Virus record (IMG/VR): IMGVR_UViG_3300035208_004923
Coordinates: 288,001-352,000 of that record
Length of the DNA stretch: 64,000 nucleotides
Direction: 5' to 3' (one strand)
Source of the DNA: a virus
Lineage: Duplodnaviria > Caudoviricetes
Shown here: positions 28,780 to 39,972 of the stretch, piece after piece
How positions within the stretch are numbered: the first letter of the stretch is position 1
How the letters are laid out: each line of letters starts with the position of its first letter
Notes under the pieces: model-generated
Seen by the model: the letters and a program-made list of their open reading frames with translations, nothing else
Told to the model about the DNA's origin: nothing
The model's database searches: none
Translations under genes and position numbers: made by a program

Positions 28780-30497
28780 TATAACCATTTATTAAAACGT
28801 GCACTCATTTGTTCACAAATAAATGCACGATATTCTGTTTCAGTTTTTCCTACAAGAAATGCATCAGTGATAACTTCACCAAGTGTAACATTTAAAATAA
28901 CTTCAAGATCTGCAATTGCGTAATCGTGTTCAGTTTTTTTCAATACATCAAAGTCACCATTTAGTGTGTCAACAACGCAAATGTCACTTTCATTAACTCC
29001 TAATATTTCTAAAACATTTCTGTTATTTGTCGTTATTCTATTTCCTACTTTAAATATGTCATTTGACGTTTTCATAATTATAAATTAAATGATTCAATCG
29101 TTAATTTTTCAATAGGATAATTTTTGTCGAAATACCCAAGATTTACGCTATTCATATTTCTATGTTTTGCATATTCTTTGATAGTTTTCAACTGTTGTTT
29201 TGTTATTTGCAACTTCAAATTTTTAGGATAATAAAAGAATTGATTTGCTGATAATTTTATCCAGCCAGTGCTTTCAATAAATTTCGCAGGATCATTTTTA
29301 CAATCGACATTTAATTCTGCTGGAATTAATCCAGCATCATATATTTTATCAGCCATTTCTAAATGAATCAACGTAAACATTATGCTTGAACGATAATCGC
29401 CGTAAAAATTACCGTTACGGTCAATCCATGCATTTGTTACTTCTGGAATATCTAAACCGAATGGAGAAATTACACTTTGTAGTCGTTTTTTTGATTCAAT
29501 TTCTTGTTCTTTTGTAAATTGTTGAGCAAGAACTGTTGATGGCTCTCCAAGAATATCTGTGTATTTTCCTAATGCCCTGCCTGTTAATTCTTCCTTCAAA
29601 TCAGCAACAGGCATGTCTTTGCCATTTTTTGCTCTATCAGACATTATTGGCAAATAATTTGGATGCCAATAATCAAATGTTTCAATTTTGTCCGCGACGT
29701 CAGACCAATCAATATCGAACATCGATTTATCTTTCATCGGATAAATGTATTGAAAGAACGGTTTTAATTCTGTTAAAATAAGTCCTGATTTTTGAACAAC
29801 AGTTTTATCTTTTGCAAAAGTGTTACCATTCAATTCTTCATAATCACCAAGTTTACCTGTTTTATATGATACACCCATACCATCCATACGCAATGGCCAA
29901 TATTTCATACGTGAATCTGCATTTGCATAAAGAATCGAATGTTTCTTTAATTCTGCAACCATTCGATTGTTCATTCCATCAAATGTAATATCAACACCGT
30001 CATGAAACGATTCAGTATCAGGCTCTATATGTAGAGTATCTTCATTTGAATTACCTTCCATTTTTGCATTTCCGGTAAAAACATCAAGCCAAAATTGTTC
30101 AGGACAACCGCAAGATTCAATTATGTTGATTGCTGGTTGAATTCTTCCTTCCGACCAACAAGTTCGAATAAGTCTTGTCATGTTCTCGCCATTTACATTA
30201 AATGACATTTTTATAGAACGTTTTGTAGTAGTTTCCATATTATTGTTCGCTATAATGCATTTCCCATAACTTAGTTATAGGGTTTTTAATTAAAAATCTA
30301 GGGTCCTTTTTTGTTGGAGTTGTTAACGGACAATTACGTGCGTGACAAAGATATCCTGAATGTTGACCACGATTTTCTTTTGTATTTTCAAAACCTGTGG
30401 TTTTTAGAATAAATGCATGTATTTTTGACCACGATGCAACTTTATTACAATCGGTTTCGATAAAATCAAGGATTTGCGATTTCAATGTTTTTTTCAT
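28779..30497 (-). other. Hypothetical CDS 28779-29075, 29078-30238, 30240-30497
   Basis: Packed ORFs behind the class 1 promoter at 30533. Confidence 0.6.
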
Positions 30498-30532
30498 AAT
30501 TTTCGATTTTAGTGAATTTGTTTATCAATTAA

Positions 30533-30573
30533 TTAAAATCAAATATACAACATTTATGATGCAATAGCAATAG
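30533..30573 (-). promoter_or_regulatory. Class 1 early promoter repeat
   Basis: Consensus match. Confidence 0.85.
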
Positions 30574-30600
30574 TTTATGCAATTAATTTTTACTTTTTTG

Positions 30601-30685
30601 TGCGGCCAGCAGGACTCGAACCTGCAACTCCAAACCCGTCTTAACGTGGGTGACCTACCATTTCGCCATTACAGGACACAGCCGC
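30601..30685 (-). tRNA. Atypical tRNA or tRNA-like RNA (Leu-like D loop, irregular anticodon arm, no encoded CCA)
   Basis: Acceptor GCGGCTG/TGGCCGC+A, T arm GCAGG-TTCGAGT-CCTGC, TGGCGAAATGGTAG, ACCC-ACGTTAAGAC-GGGT; about 10 extra nt before the D arm. Confidence 0.6.
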
Positions 30686-30694
30686 TAGATTATC

Positions 30695-31288
30695 CTAGAA
30701 TAATCCTTTTGTTGCTTTATGATCTTTTATTTGTTTAGATACGTATGAACCCAATGCAAAATTTGATTCTAATTGGGTTAGCAATTCTTCAATGTATTCT
30801 TTAAGTCCAATTGCATTTTTTTCGCCTTCCCATACATAAATTGTTACATCATTTTCTTTAAGTTCTTTAAATATTATCGCGATAATAGTTTCAAGTTCGC
30901 CACCAGCAAGGCCGTAACCAATAAGAGGAAGCCCAATTGATAAATCATTCAATGTTGCAACTGAACTTAATTTTTTTAATGCAAGTTCAAATGCAGGATA
31001 CACAAACGGTTTATCTGCAGGATTGTGACCAAATTGAGTGTATAAATTGAATATGTTAGTTTCTGTACCGTCCTGCCATTTTTGTACTGCATTAGTGTAA
31101 TTTCCAAGTTTGCGAATATCACCAGGAATTGTTTTGTAATCTTCAGCGGTTGCTTGTGGGAAAGTGTTTTTTACGTCAAGTGCAATACCTGCGCCCATGC
31201 GACAAAAACAGTTACATCCATGAGCAATTGCACCAAATTGTTTTGCATCTTGTATAAGATTGCCTATAACTACTTTAGCTTTTTTCAT
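30695..31288 (-). CDS. Macrodomain (ADP-ribose binding/hydrolase) protein
   Basis: AIAHGCNCFCRMGAGIA, NLYTQF, IGLPLIGYGLAGG. Confidence 0.88.
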   Translation of the reverse strand: MKKAKVVIGNLIQDAKQFGAIAHGCNCFCRMGAGIALDVKNTFPQATAEDYKTIPGDIRKLGNYTNAVQKWQDGTETNIFNLYTQFGHNPADKPFVYPAFELALKKLSSVATLNDLSIGLPLIGYGLAGGELETIIAIIFKELKENDVTIYVWEGEKNAIGLKEYIEELLTQLESNFALGSYVSKQIKDHKATKGLF

Positions 31289-31319
31289 AATTTATATTTT
31301 TATATTATATACAGATTTT

Positions 31320-32523
31320 TTAATTAGTTTTTCTTGATTCTATTTCGACAAAATTATGTATCATTATAGATACGGCTTCTTCGTTATTTACGGTTATACA
31401 TATTTCGTATTTTGAATTTCTATATGTAATGGAATTAATATCATTTTTTTGCAAAACCTCTTTAAATTTTAATACATACATTTCTAATAGAATTCTTTTT
31501 AATTGAGATGTATCTGTATGATATATCAAGCGATTTTCGTATTCATATGATTGCAAAATTTCAATACTTTGAAATTGATAAGGTTCAAAAGATTCTTTAT
31601 TTAAAATTGTTGCACTATACAAAATATAATCATAATCATATTTTGAATCATCCATTATTGATTCGTCCGGAATCAATAATTGCCAATCTTTGGACAACAA
31701 GCTATCAGATAATGCAGTAGTACTTTGTTTTTGCATACTGATTAGATTTTTAACTGTCATTGTTTGTGAAAACAATGATAACGAAATGATTGTCAATAAA
31801 AAAGTAAGTAATTTTCTCATGTCAAATAGTTTTAATGTTATTTTACTAAATATCCAAAGTTTTCTTGAACGATTGGGTGTAATAATTCATTTTCCAAATC
31901 AAAAATAAATGATGATGGCAAATTGTTGGCAGGGAACGTTCCTTTTTCAATAAAACCTACAGGTGCAACAAGATATGTTTTATTTTCGTATACGATAATG
32001 TCACCTATTGAAGTTGAATAACAAGTATCAGATGGCTGATTGCAATTTTGACCGTACTTGTAAATTTTTTCAAGATCTTCATCTGCAATTCCTGTTAATT
32101 CGGAAGAATCAACGGTTATTATGCGAATTGCAGGTCGAATAACTGATGCATCTTTTTTGCAAAAAGCAGTTTGATACGAAATAAATGTTTTTTCCATAAT
32201 TACGATTTTTTTAATTTTTGTAATTTCTTTTCGTAACGTTTAATAATTAATCCAAACAATTTCTCTGTATCATTCGGAAATAATATTCGAGAAACTTTTG
32301 TTCCATATACCGTGATTTCATTGGTAACAGGATTTAATTGATACATTGCGGTTCCAAAATATCCAGGCATTATTCTACGAATGTAACCAGATTTCAAATA
32401 AATACCAACCCGTTCTTTTGGATTATCAATTTCTTGAAACATGTAAGTTCCATTTGCTTTTTGTTTTTCTGTTGAAATATTTTTCAACCCGAATGATTCG
32501 ATTTTTGCAATAAGATTTTCCAT
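31320..32523 (-). other. Hypothetical CDS 31320-31820 (signal peptide), 31838-32197, 32200-32523
   Basis: Packed ORFs behind the class 1 promoter at 32546. Confidence 0.6.
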
Positions 32524-32545
32524 AGCGATTTGTTTTATCAATTAA

Positions 32546-32586
32546 TTAAAATCAAATATACAACATTTTTTACGCAATAGCAATAG
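32546..32586 (-). promoter_or_regulatory. Class 1 early promoter repeat
   Basis: Consensus match. Confidence 0.85.
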
Positions 32587-32625
32587 AAAATGAAAAAAAG
32601 TTTTAATAAATATAATAAAACAAAA

Positions 32626-33024
32626 ATGAAACGATTATGTCCAAGAAAAGAAATACTTATTGTTGATGACGATGAAGTATCACGATACTATGCGGAATCC
32701 GTAATCAGAAAAGAATCAACATTTGGCGTTTGTAAGTATCGAATAACAACAGCATCAAATGGAGCTGACGCTTATGAAATTATTGAGGAATTAAAACCAA
32801 GTTTAATCATAACAGATTTACTTATGTTTCATATGAACGGATTTGAACTTATTGCAAAATTACATGCTTCTGAATTGTATAAGAATATTCCTGTCATTGT
32901 TTTATCTTGTTTAGACGACAGCGAAACTCGTGAAAATGTTGATAAATTAAAAATTAATGCATTTATCAGAAAACCATATACACCAGAAACATTAATATCA
33001 GCAATACATAATTTGCTAAAATAA
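32626..33024 (+). CDS. Orphan single-domain response regulator (CheY-like receiver)
   Basis: ILIVDDD, IITDLLMFHMNGFEL, PVIVLS, FIRKP. Confidence 0.88.
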   Translation: MKRLCPRKEILIVDDDEVSRYYAESVIRKESTFGVCKYRITTASNGADAYEIIEELKPSLIITDLLMFHMNGFELIAKLHASELYKNIPVIVLSCLDDSETRENVDKLKINAFIRKPYTPETLISAIHNLLK

Positions 33025-33100
33025 ATGAATCATTTAAGAAACTTTTAAAATTGATATAGTTGTATTTTATATTAAGTTTAGAGTTTCTTAAATGATTCAT
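33025..33100. terminator. Long inverted repeat between convergent genes
   Basis: Perfect 19-bp arms atgaatcatttaagaaact / agtttcttaaatgattcat. Confidence 0.65.
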
Positions 33101-33115
33101 AGAATTCATTTAATG

Positions 33116-35069
33116 CTATTCCTTATTGAGAATTAAATCAATGATTGTATAAGTCATTTGATGTTTCTCTAATGTATTCAAGAAAAATTCTGTATATTTA
33201 GTATCGTGTTTTGAACGTATGATCATATCAGGAAACTTAAATTCAAAAATTGAAATTATGCATTTAATATCAATTTCATTAAACCCATATTCGTCATACG
33301 GATACCAATAGTTTGGAGCGTAATTTGCTTTTGTTAAATTATGATTTATTTCAGATTCGATAACGTCGAATTTTTCTGCAATTACTGCCCAAGACAATGG
33401 TTGCAAATCGTTTACTAAAAATTCATTTTTTGATTCCATTTATTTTTTATTTTAAGATTTTGAAACTATTTCCGAAATGTGAATATAATAATTACTCAAT
33501 TTTCGGTAAGGGTAATATAGAAAGACTATAGTTATTCAGGTAAATTCTCAGTCGTTAGACAATTCTCGGACTCACCATTATGTAATTTCAATTTTTCAGA
33601 TATTCTCTGTAGAGTTGATTCTCCATGTATTGTTTTAAATTCTTCAAAATCAGTATATCCTGTTATAATAAAACATGCTTTATATTTTGTTTTAAATGGT
33701 ACCCATGGTTCACCATTATCTGCATAATAAGCTTTTGTTGGGTCACCTGTCGGTTTTGCACAAACAAATTCAGATTCTGCTTCACTGTTACAAACTGCAT
33801 ATTTGCTTTTATCTATTTTTATTTTCGATAATTCGCCATTTCCTTCAATAACGCCAATCTGTGGTGATGGTTCACGATACCCAGGCATCATAATTAATCG
33901 TCCTGCATTTGGATCTTGTTCAATAGGTCCAAAAGATACTTGTATTGAATTTTTATCGTTTTCTTCATGATACCAAACAGGTATGCCTTCAAGTTCACCT
34001 GTTACATACATAACAGTTTTTTCTAATTGTTCTTCGGTTTTTTCCATTTTATTAATTTTTTGGTAATACGTATTTTTCTTTGAGTAATTTCAGATATGAT
34101 TCGTATTCTTCAGTTTTAACAGTTTTTCCAAAACAAATTAAGTTATCAAAATCGTATGAATATACATTACCAATGGAATACGTGCTCGGAAATGCGGATT
34201 TGATAAGTACTATCATAAACGGTGTTGCATTTTTAAATTCTTCATATTCAGAGAAAACTTCATTAAAAATGTCAGTATCAATTTCAAGATGATCATATTC
34301 TAATTGACTTAACAAATCAATATGCATAATGTCATTTGGCAATTCACCATTTATCATTCTTTCATAATCTGATTTTGCTAAAAAATAATTTGTAAGTATA
34401 GCGCTTTTTGTATTGCTATTATTCTTACCCAATATTTTAAATTCTTTATCTACAGATTCAACAACATGTGCATCTGTGCAGTCTCCATTTTCTACTAATA
34501 CATATCGTCTTAGCATTTCACCTAAAGCTGCATCATTAGGATACTTGTTTACTAAATTTACTAATTTATTCATTTTTTGATTCTTGTTAAGTTATTAAAT
34601 ACTGCAAATCTGCAATTACCGCAGCCATCATCATACATTACTAATGTGTAATCCTCCTTTGTCCAAATTGAACTTCCGAAAATGTCACCTGCATATTCGC
34701 CTGGATCATCGGAATATTCATCCTCATTCCACATTATTGTTTTTTCATCTAATGTCCAACATGCTACTTCAGTCATATCATCGAAACCTTCATATATATC
34801 TGCTCCAAAATATTCTGAAAACCATTTTTTTAATTCTGCAAATTGTTTAAGTTTTTCTTTCATGTTTAATCAATTTTAACGTCTTCTTTATAATTGCTTA
34901 TCATTCTTGATAAAAATTCTTTTGATTTTTCGACTTTTTCGATTTCATCAAGTTTATCTTGCTTTTTCTTTTTAAATTCCCACCAATGTCTTTTTGGTAA
35001 TCCAATAGGAATTTTTATGCGTAATACTTTTTCGCCATTTTCGTTTACGCCTTCTGTGATTTCTTCCAT
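33116..35069 (-). other. Hypothetical CDS 33116-33439, 33532-34047, 34052-34573, 34570-34863, 34866-35069
   Basis: Packed ORFs. Confidence 0.6.
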
Positions 35070-35072
35070 AAT

Positions 35073-35705
35073 TTATATTTTTGTGTTTAAAATTTTTATT
35101 GCTTTATCTGCACATTCTGTATTTAGGCCATCATAATCTTTTGTTTTGACAAAATTATCTTTTTGTTCTAAAAGCATATCTGCGTCATCATCTAAAATTA
35201 CATAACTTTCAATCATGCCATTTTCTTTTGACCAATGCGGTCTATAATGGCTAAAACCTACACCCCTAAGCCATTGTTGAATTTCGTATCCTCGAGGTAT
35301 TGATGTACCAGGTGTTGCAACAATTGACTGCACAGTTTCATTTGGACCACGTTTAGCCCAATAATATGGCGTGATGTCAATAACTTCACCTGGCATATTC
35401 ATATCTTCCCACATATCACGAATATATTTTAAACCTATACATGTAGGATCTTCTTTATCTCGTGAACCATGACGCCATGACGATGATACAACAATGTATG
35501 CACCTGTTTGTTTAACGATTCGTTCTAATTCTCGAATTGTGTTATTATCAAAAACGATTCCCCATTTTCCGCCTCTTGTTGGATTTAAAGAACCGCCTGT
35601 GTACATTAATTGATTATTCAAGACACCGTCAAAATCAAGAAAAATGACTTTGATTCGTTTTTTGTACGCAATGAATTCAGTGTTTAATTCGTCTATTGTA
35701 GTCAT
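35073..35705 (-). CDS. HAD phosphatase, Swiss-Army-Knife RNA-repair-like
   Basis: VIFLDFDGVLN, IVVSSSWR, RGYEIQQWL, YVILDDDADM, DGL. Confidence 0.85.
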   Translation of the reverse strand: MTTIDELNTEFIAYKKRIKVIFLDFDGVLNNQLMYTGGSLNPTRGGKWGIVFDNNTIRELERIVKQTGAYIVVSSSWRHGSRDKEDPTCIGLKYIRDMWEDMNMPGEVIDITPYYWAKRGPNETVQSIVATPGTSIPRGYEIQQWLRGVGFSHYRPHWSKENGMIESYVILDDDADMLLEQKDNFVKTKDYDGLNTECADKAIKILNTKI

Positions 35706-36022
35706 TATGCTTGTTTAAAAAATGTTATTGTTGATTCATCAGATAAGATTATGTCTTTTAAAGAATCGACATTACGTACTTTATATTCTTTATCGCAAAA
35801 GTGCCAAATGTCTTCCATAAATTTTTCTAACGCTGGAGATTCTTCACCATAAATTTCAAATATGCTTCCGCATCTATAATAGCAGTCATAACTTCCACCT
35901 TTGTTGTAATCTTTTATAAATGATTCCAATTCAGATTTGTCGTTACATAAATAATATCCCATTGGTCGAGAACCCCAACCTGATTCGTGTTCAGTACCTT
36001 CAGTTGCATAAATCTTTTTCAT
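35705..36022 (-). CDS. Hypothetical protein
   Basis: Coupled to the HAD gene. Confidence 0.55.
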   Translation of the reverse strand: MKKIYATEGTEHESGWGSRPMGYYLCNDKSELESFIKDYNKGGSYDCYYRCGSIFEIYGEESPALEKFMEDIWHFCDKEYKVRNVDSLKDIILSDESTITFFKQA

Positions 36023-36044
36023 ATCAATAAGTATTTAAAATTAA

Positions 36045-37322
36045 TTAATGTGTTCCATCTATTAAAGAAATTCCATGTTTTACACCATGAATAAAATCAT
36101 TTACGTTATTATCTTCTGTTAAATGTTTTGCAATTGATATTCCTATTTCATTGCCTATATCTGATAAATCGCCATTAGTATACTGAATTGATTCTAATTG
36201 GTTTTTTATCGAATCAATCATTTGAGCAAATTTCCCTACTGACCATTTATCGCTTATAAATTCTGATTCGTCAAATTCACAATCTACTGTATATCCTGTA
36301 AGCCATTTTATTACACGAACGTCAGATGATGTTATACGTTCTTCTATTTTTATAAGTTTACCTTTGATATTTGTACAGTCAGGATTTGCAAATTTACAAA
36401 CACCAGATTTGAATAAATAGCATACATGTTTATCTTTATTGATTATTGTATGTTTAAACGGTATGTTTAATGAAGTAACTTCAGATATATCACGTTCTTG
36501 TATAAACGATTTGCATGTGTTATTCATTACGCATTTTGAACAACGCATTTCATTTGGGCGATAATAATGAGCATTATAATCACGATTTAAACCATGCGAA
36601 TAACTTATCAAACAACTTGTTTTTCTGAAAACAGGAACATTATATTTTTCTGACATATTATAAAATATATCTTCAACTTCTTTCGATACTGCTTTCTTTA
36701 AACCAAAGTCATATCCTTCATATGGTTCAAAGTTTATGTTATTTTCTTTAAAATAATTTGCTAATTCTGGCGTAACTTGTAATCCACAAAATCCTATAGG
36801 TGCATCATATTTCTTTGCAATTTTTACAATGTTTTCAATAGCTTCTTGAGAATCATTAATGCCTTTTATAACAGGTCTAAATTCGATTGAATACTGATAT
36901 TTATGAATCCTATCATTTTTCATGCTTGACAAATTTGCATTAAGTGTTCTTAATGAACCGCCATCGTATTTAGAATTTATGCCAAATGTTGAAAATGCAA
37001 AATGTAAATCAAGGTCAAACTTAATATCTGGAAATTTCCAAATTTCACCTTTTGTTATTATGATAACAGGACCTTTGTGATTATCGGCTTCTAATGCTCG
37101 CAAGTATTCAATTGTCTTTTCTACTTGCAATAAAGGGTCGCCATAAAATAAATTTACAGCAACAGGAAGTTGTCTGAAAAGTGGATTAATTGATGATGGT
37201 AATTTTTCATATTTCGATTGCTCTTTACCTGTTAGACGGCAGTATGAACAATTAAGGCAGCCTTTAAGCGACTGCCCCATCATATAAAAAGATTTTGTAA
37301 AACAAGAATCTGTCAATTGCAT
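36045..37322 (-). CDS. Radical SAM-like Fe-S protein with atypical CxxCxxC motif
   Basis: GCLNCSYC, YGDP, IITK, FRPVIKGIND, additional Cys clusters. Confidence 0.6.
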   Translation of the reverse strand: MQLTDSCFTKSFYMMGQSLKGCLNCSYCRLTGKEQSKYEKLPSSINPLFRQLPVAVNLFYGDPLLQVEKTIEYLRALEADNHKGPVIIITKGEIWKFPDIKFDLDLHFAFSTFGINSKYDGGSLRTLNANLSSMKNDRIHKYQYSIEFRPVIKGINDSQEAIENIVKIAKKYDAPIGFCGLQVTPELANYFKENNINFEPYEGYDFGLKKAVSKEVEDIFYNMSEKYNVPVFRKTSCLISYSHGLNRDYNAHYYRPNEMRCSKCVMNNTCKSFIQERDISEVTSLNIPFKHTIINKDKHVCYLFKSGVCKFANPDCTNIKGKLIKIEERITSSDVRVIKWLTGYTVDCEFDESEFISDKWSVGKFAQMIDSIKNQLESIQYTNGDLSDIGNEIGISIAKHLTEDNNVNDFIHGVKHGISLIDGTH

Positions 37323-37326
37323 ATTT

Positions 37327-37962
37327 TTAATTTTTAAGTAATTTCAATTTTTTAATTTCGTACGCATACGGAATATTTGCAATTAATCTTTCGTATGGAA
37401 TTTCTTCATATAATTTTGAATCATCGTTATTGAAAATATAGCATGTTATCTTTCCTGTTTTGAGATTCTTAATTATCTTATAGCAAAAAGCAGGAACTAT
37501 TATGTTGTCTTTTTGTTCAAAAGAAAACCCGCCACAAATTATTAATAGCGAATCGTTTTGTGACTGTTTACGAACCTTTGTTTCAATAGTTTTCCAGTGT
37601 CCTCTATTGCATTCAACAGTTTGAGGTAATGCATTATAAAATCTGAACGTTTCTTCTTCATATTGACAGTTATATGCAAAATCTTCTGCGTTTGCCATAT
37701 GACCTATGTCATAACCTGAATGCGAATAATTTTTATTTGACTGTCCTGTTTTAATGCCATCTGTTTTAAATGTGAAATGTTCATCTGCTCTACTGCATGT
37801 TCCACCGCCATGATATAATTTGTAAACAACAAACAAGGGATTTTTTGCATCATAACTGAAGTAACTTTTATAAATATCAGTAGTTATAACGGTATCAACT
37901 TTTTGACCGAATGATGATAATGTTATAAAAGCAAACATTAAAATTAAAAGAATCTTTTTCAT
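37327..37962 (-). CDS. Secreted DNA/RNA non-specific endonuclease
   Basis: Signal peptide; YSHSGYDIGHMANAED, NALPQ...NRGHWK.IE, VPAFCYKII. Confidence 0.88.
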   Translation of the reverse strand: MKKILLILMFAFITLSSFGQKVDTVITTDIYKSYFSYDAKNPLFVVYKLYHGGGTCSRADEHFTFKTDGIKTGQSNKNYSHSGYDIGHMANAEDFAYNCQYEEETFRFYNALPQTVECNRGHWKTIETKVRKQSQNDSLLIICGGFSFEQKDNIIVPAFCYKIIKNLKTGKITCYIFNNDDSKLYEEIPYERLIANIPYAYEIKKLKLLKN

Positions 37963-37969
37963 ATAGTAA

Positions 37970-38452
37970 TTATTTTCGTGTTATCATTGACTCCAACTTG
38001 AATCCAATGCAATATCTTTTAGGTTTTTCGACAATAAGATTCGATACTTTACGTTTTTTACTTTGCGGAATAGAAACAACAGCTTTAATTTTCATGTTAA
38101 ATCGTTGCTCAAATTCAAATACAAGAATTGAATCGTTTTGCGAATTATCGTATATTACATTATTTGTTCCGTATTCATATAATCTTAATATAGGCATATA
38201 TTCATAACTTGAGCATATGCTCATTCTATAATCTCTGCCAGAAAAAATGTCAAATACTGTTTCAAGTATTTCAACATCTGAAATATTCGCACTTTTACTT
38301 ACGCCTTGTCCTTTATCGTTCACAACCAATTGATAACTGTCATGATAATTATTTACAGTATCATTATGGCATGTATTCCAATATCCGTTGCAATCTTGAG
38401 ATTTTAAATTTAAAGACAAAAACAAAAGAACGAATAATAGAATGTATCTCAT
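37970..38452 (-). CDS. Secreted hypothetical protein
   Basis: Signal peptide MRYILLFVLLFLSLNLKSQ. Confidence 0.6.
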   Translation of the reverse strand: MRYILLFVLLFLSLNLKSQDCNGYWNTCHNDTVNNYHDSYQLVVNDKGQGVSKSANISDVEILETVFDIFSGRDYRMSICSSYEYMPILRLYEYGTNNVIYDNSQNDSILVFEFEQRFNMKIKAVVSIPQSKKRKVSNLIVEKPKRYCIGFKLESMITRK

Positions 38453-38856
38453 ATTTTAAATATTTTTAAAGGTTTTTTTGTTTTTTTAGCATATTTTATA
38501 CTATCATTTGTACCTGATGATACGCCATCCCAAAAAGCAATAACAATATGGGCATTATCAACAATATCTTTATTTCTTCGCATTCCTGCATTTGCATCAT
38601 ATTGTTTACCCCACTTGTTGATTAATATTCTTGCATTTGGATGTGATAAATCATCCCAAGATGGTATGAAAATTAATGTTTCTAACGAATTTTCATTAGC
38701 CCATTTTTCACCCAATTTGTCTGCGCCGTTTGCGCCACCTGATACTACTGTTATTTTATGATCTTTATAATATTCTTTTAAAGTGTTCATGACACTTTTC
38801 AATTTATCATAATCATTAAAAGATCTTGAACCAACAATAGCAATTTTAAGATTCAT
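38449..38856 (-). CDS. SLOG (YspA/DUF2493-like) protein
   Basis: IAIVGSRSF, VVSGGANGADKLGE.WA, AGMRRN, IAFWDG.S.GT. Confidence 0.85.
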   Translation of the reverse strand: MNLKIAIVGSRSFNDYDKLKSVMNTLKEYYKDHKITVVSGGANGADKLGEKWANENSLETLIFIPSWDDLSHPNARILINKWGKQYDANAGMRRNKDIVDNAHIVIAFWDGVSSGTNDSIKYAKKTKKPLKIFKI

Positions 38857-38946
38857 ACAGTCAATACTAAAATTTATTTATATATTATATACAAGAAAAG
38901 CAAATAGTTTCCTACTTGCTTATCAGTTATTTGAATTTATATTTCG

Positions 38947-39960
38947 TTATTCCTTGTGAAACATGTAGTTTTCGCTTTTCGGCGTTGTGTCATTAAAATA
39001 TCCAGTGTATTCTTTACCGCCGTACGTAAATGAATAATTCTTTCCAGTTTTTATTGATAAACTACGTGCAATGGATTTATCTAAAAGAAACGTATTATAT
39101 TTTGACCATGGAAATACATATTTCGATAATTCAGATTCAGGACCATAATTTTCAGAAACAAACTCATCCCAAGTTGGTATTAGATTTTTCTTAATTGGAT
39201 TTGCTGATTCTTCTTTTGCAAATGGCTCTTTAAAATCAATTACACCTTTTTCTAAATCATCTATTGCACCCGGTGCTTTTGCAGGCTGTGGCATATAAAC
39301 TCTGTCAGGTGCATCTTTAATTGGTTGATTTGATTTTCTCAACAATAAAACATTATTCCACATGTAATCTGCAAGTTCATCTTTACTTTTTGTGTATGCA
39401 TCCAAAACAGTTTCCGTTACGTTTTTCTTTACGTATGATTTAAACGCTTCTTCAGACATGTCATAAAGATTTGTTCCTTCAGGTGACGACGTTGGTATTT
39501 TATTTGAATTTGCAGCAATTGCGAGTTGAATAATTTTTAATGCTTCAATAGGTTCAACATTTATTTTCATATCGTTAACAATAACTCTAGTATTAGGATT
39601 AACAATATATGCTTCAACCCATCGGTGATGGCCATCAATAATGTACTTACCGTTTAATGTAACAACTGGTGAATTATTAATTGCAGCCGCACGGCCTTTA
39701 AGCATATCATGTAAACTATCTAAAGATTTACCTGCTAATGAATGCTTAATTGACGATTCAAGTAAAAGTTGTTTTTGACAAGGTATTAAATTTCTTGCAA
39801 CAACTTCGCCTGTTGTAAATTTTATCTTTTCGTCATCTGGAAAACCATCTTCACGTCCCGATTTGATTAAAGATTTAACTTTATCCTTTGCAGCGTCATC
39901 CATTAATTGTTTGACAAATCGAGTATATCCTAATTTTACGATATTAGATAAGTATGACAT
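38947..39960 (-). CDS. ParB/Srx-like domain protein with internal leader-like motif
   Basis: PVVTLNGKYIIDGHHRW; KKNLIPTWDEFVSE near the C-terminus. Confidence 0.7.
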   Translation of the reverse strand: MSYLSNIVKLGYTRFVKQLMDDAAKDKVKSLIKSGREDGFPDDEKIKFTTGEVVARNLIPCQKQLLLESSIKHSLAGKSLDSLHDMLKGRAAAINNSPVVTLNGKYIIDGHHRWVEAYIVNPNTRVIVNDMKINVEPIEALKIIQLAIAANSNKIPTSSPEGTNLYDMSEEAFKSYVKKNVTETVLDAYTKSKDELADYMWNNVLLLRKSNQPIKDAPDRVYMPQPAKAPGAIDDLEKGVIDFKEPFAKEESANPIKKNLIPTWDEFVSENYGPESELSKYVFPWSKYNTFLLDKSIARSLSIKTGKNYSFTYGGKEYTGYFNDTTPKSENYMFHKE

Positions 39961-39972
39961 TAATTTTATTTT

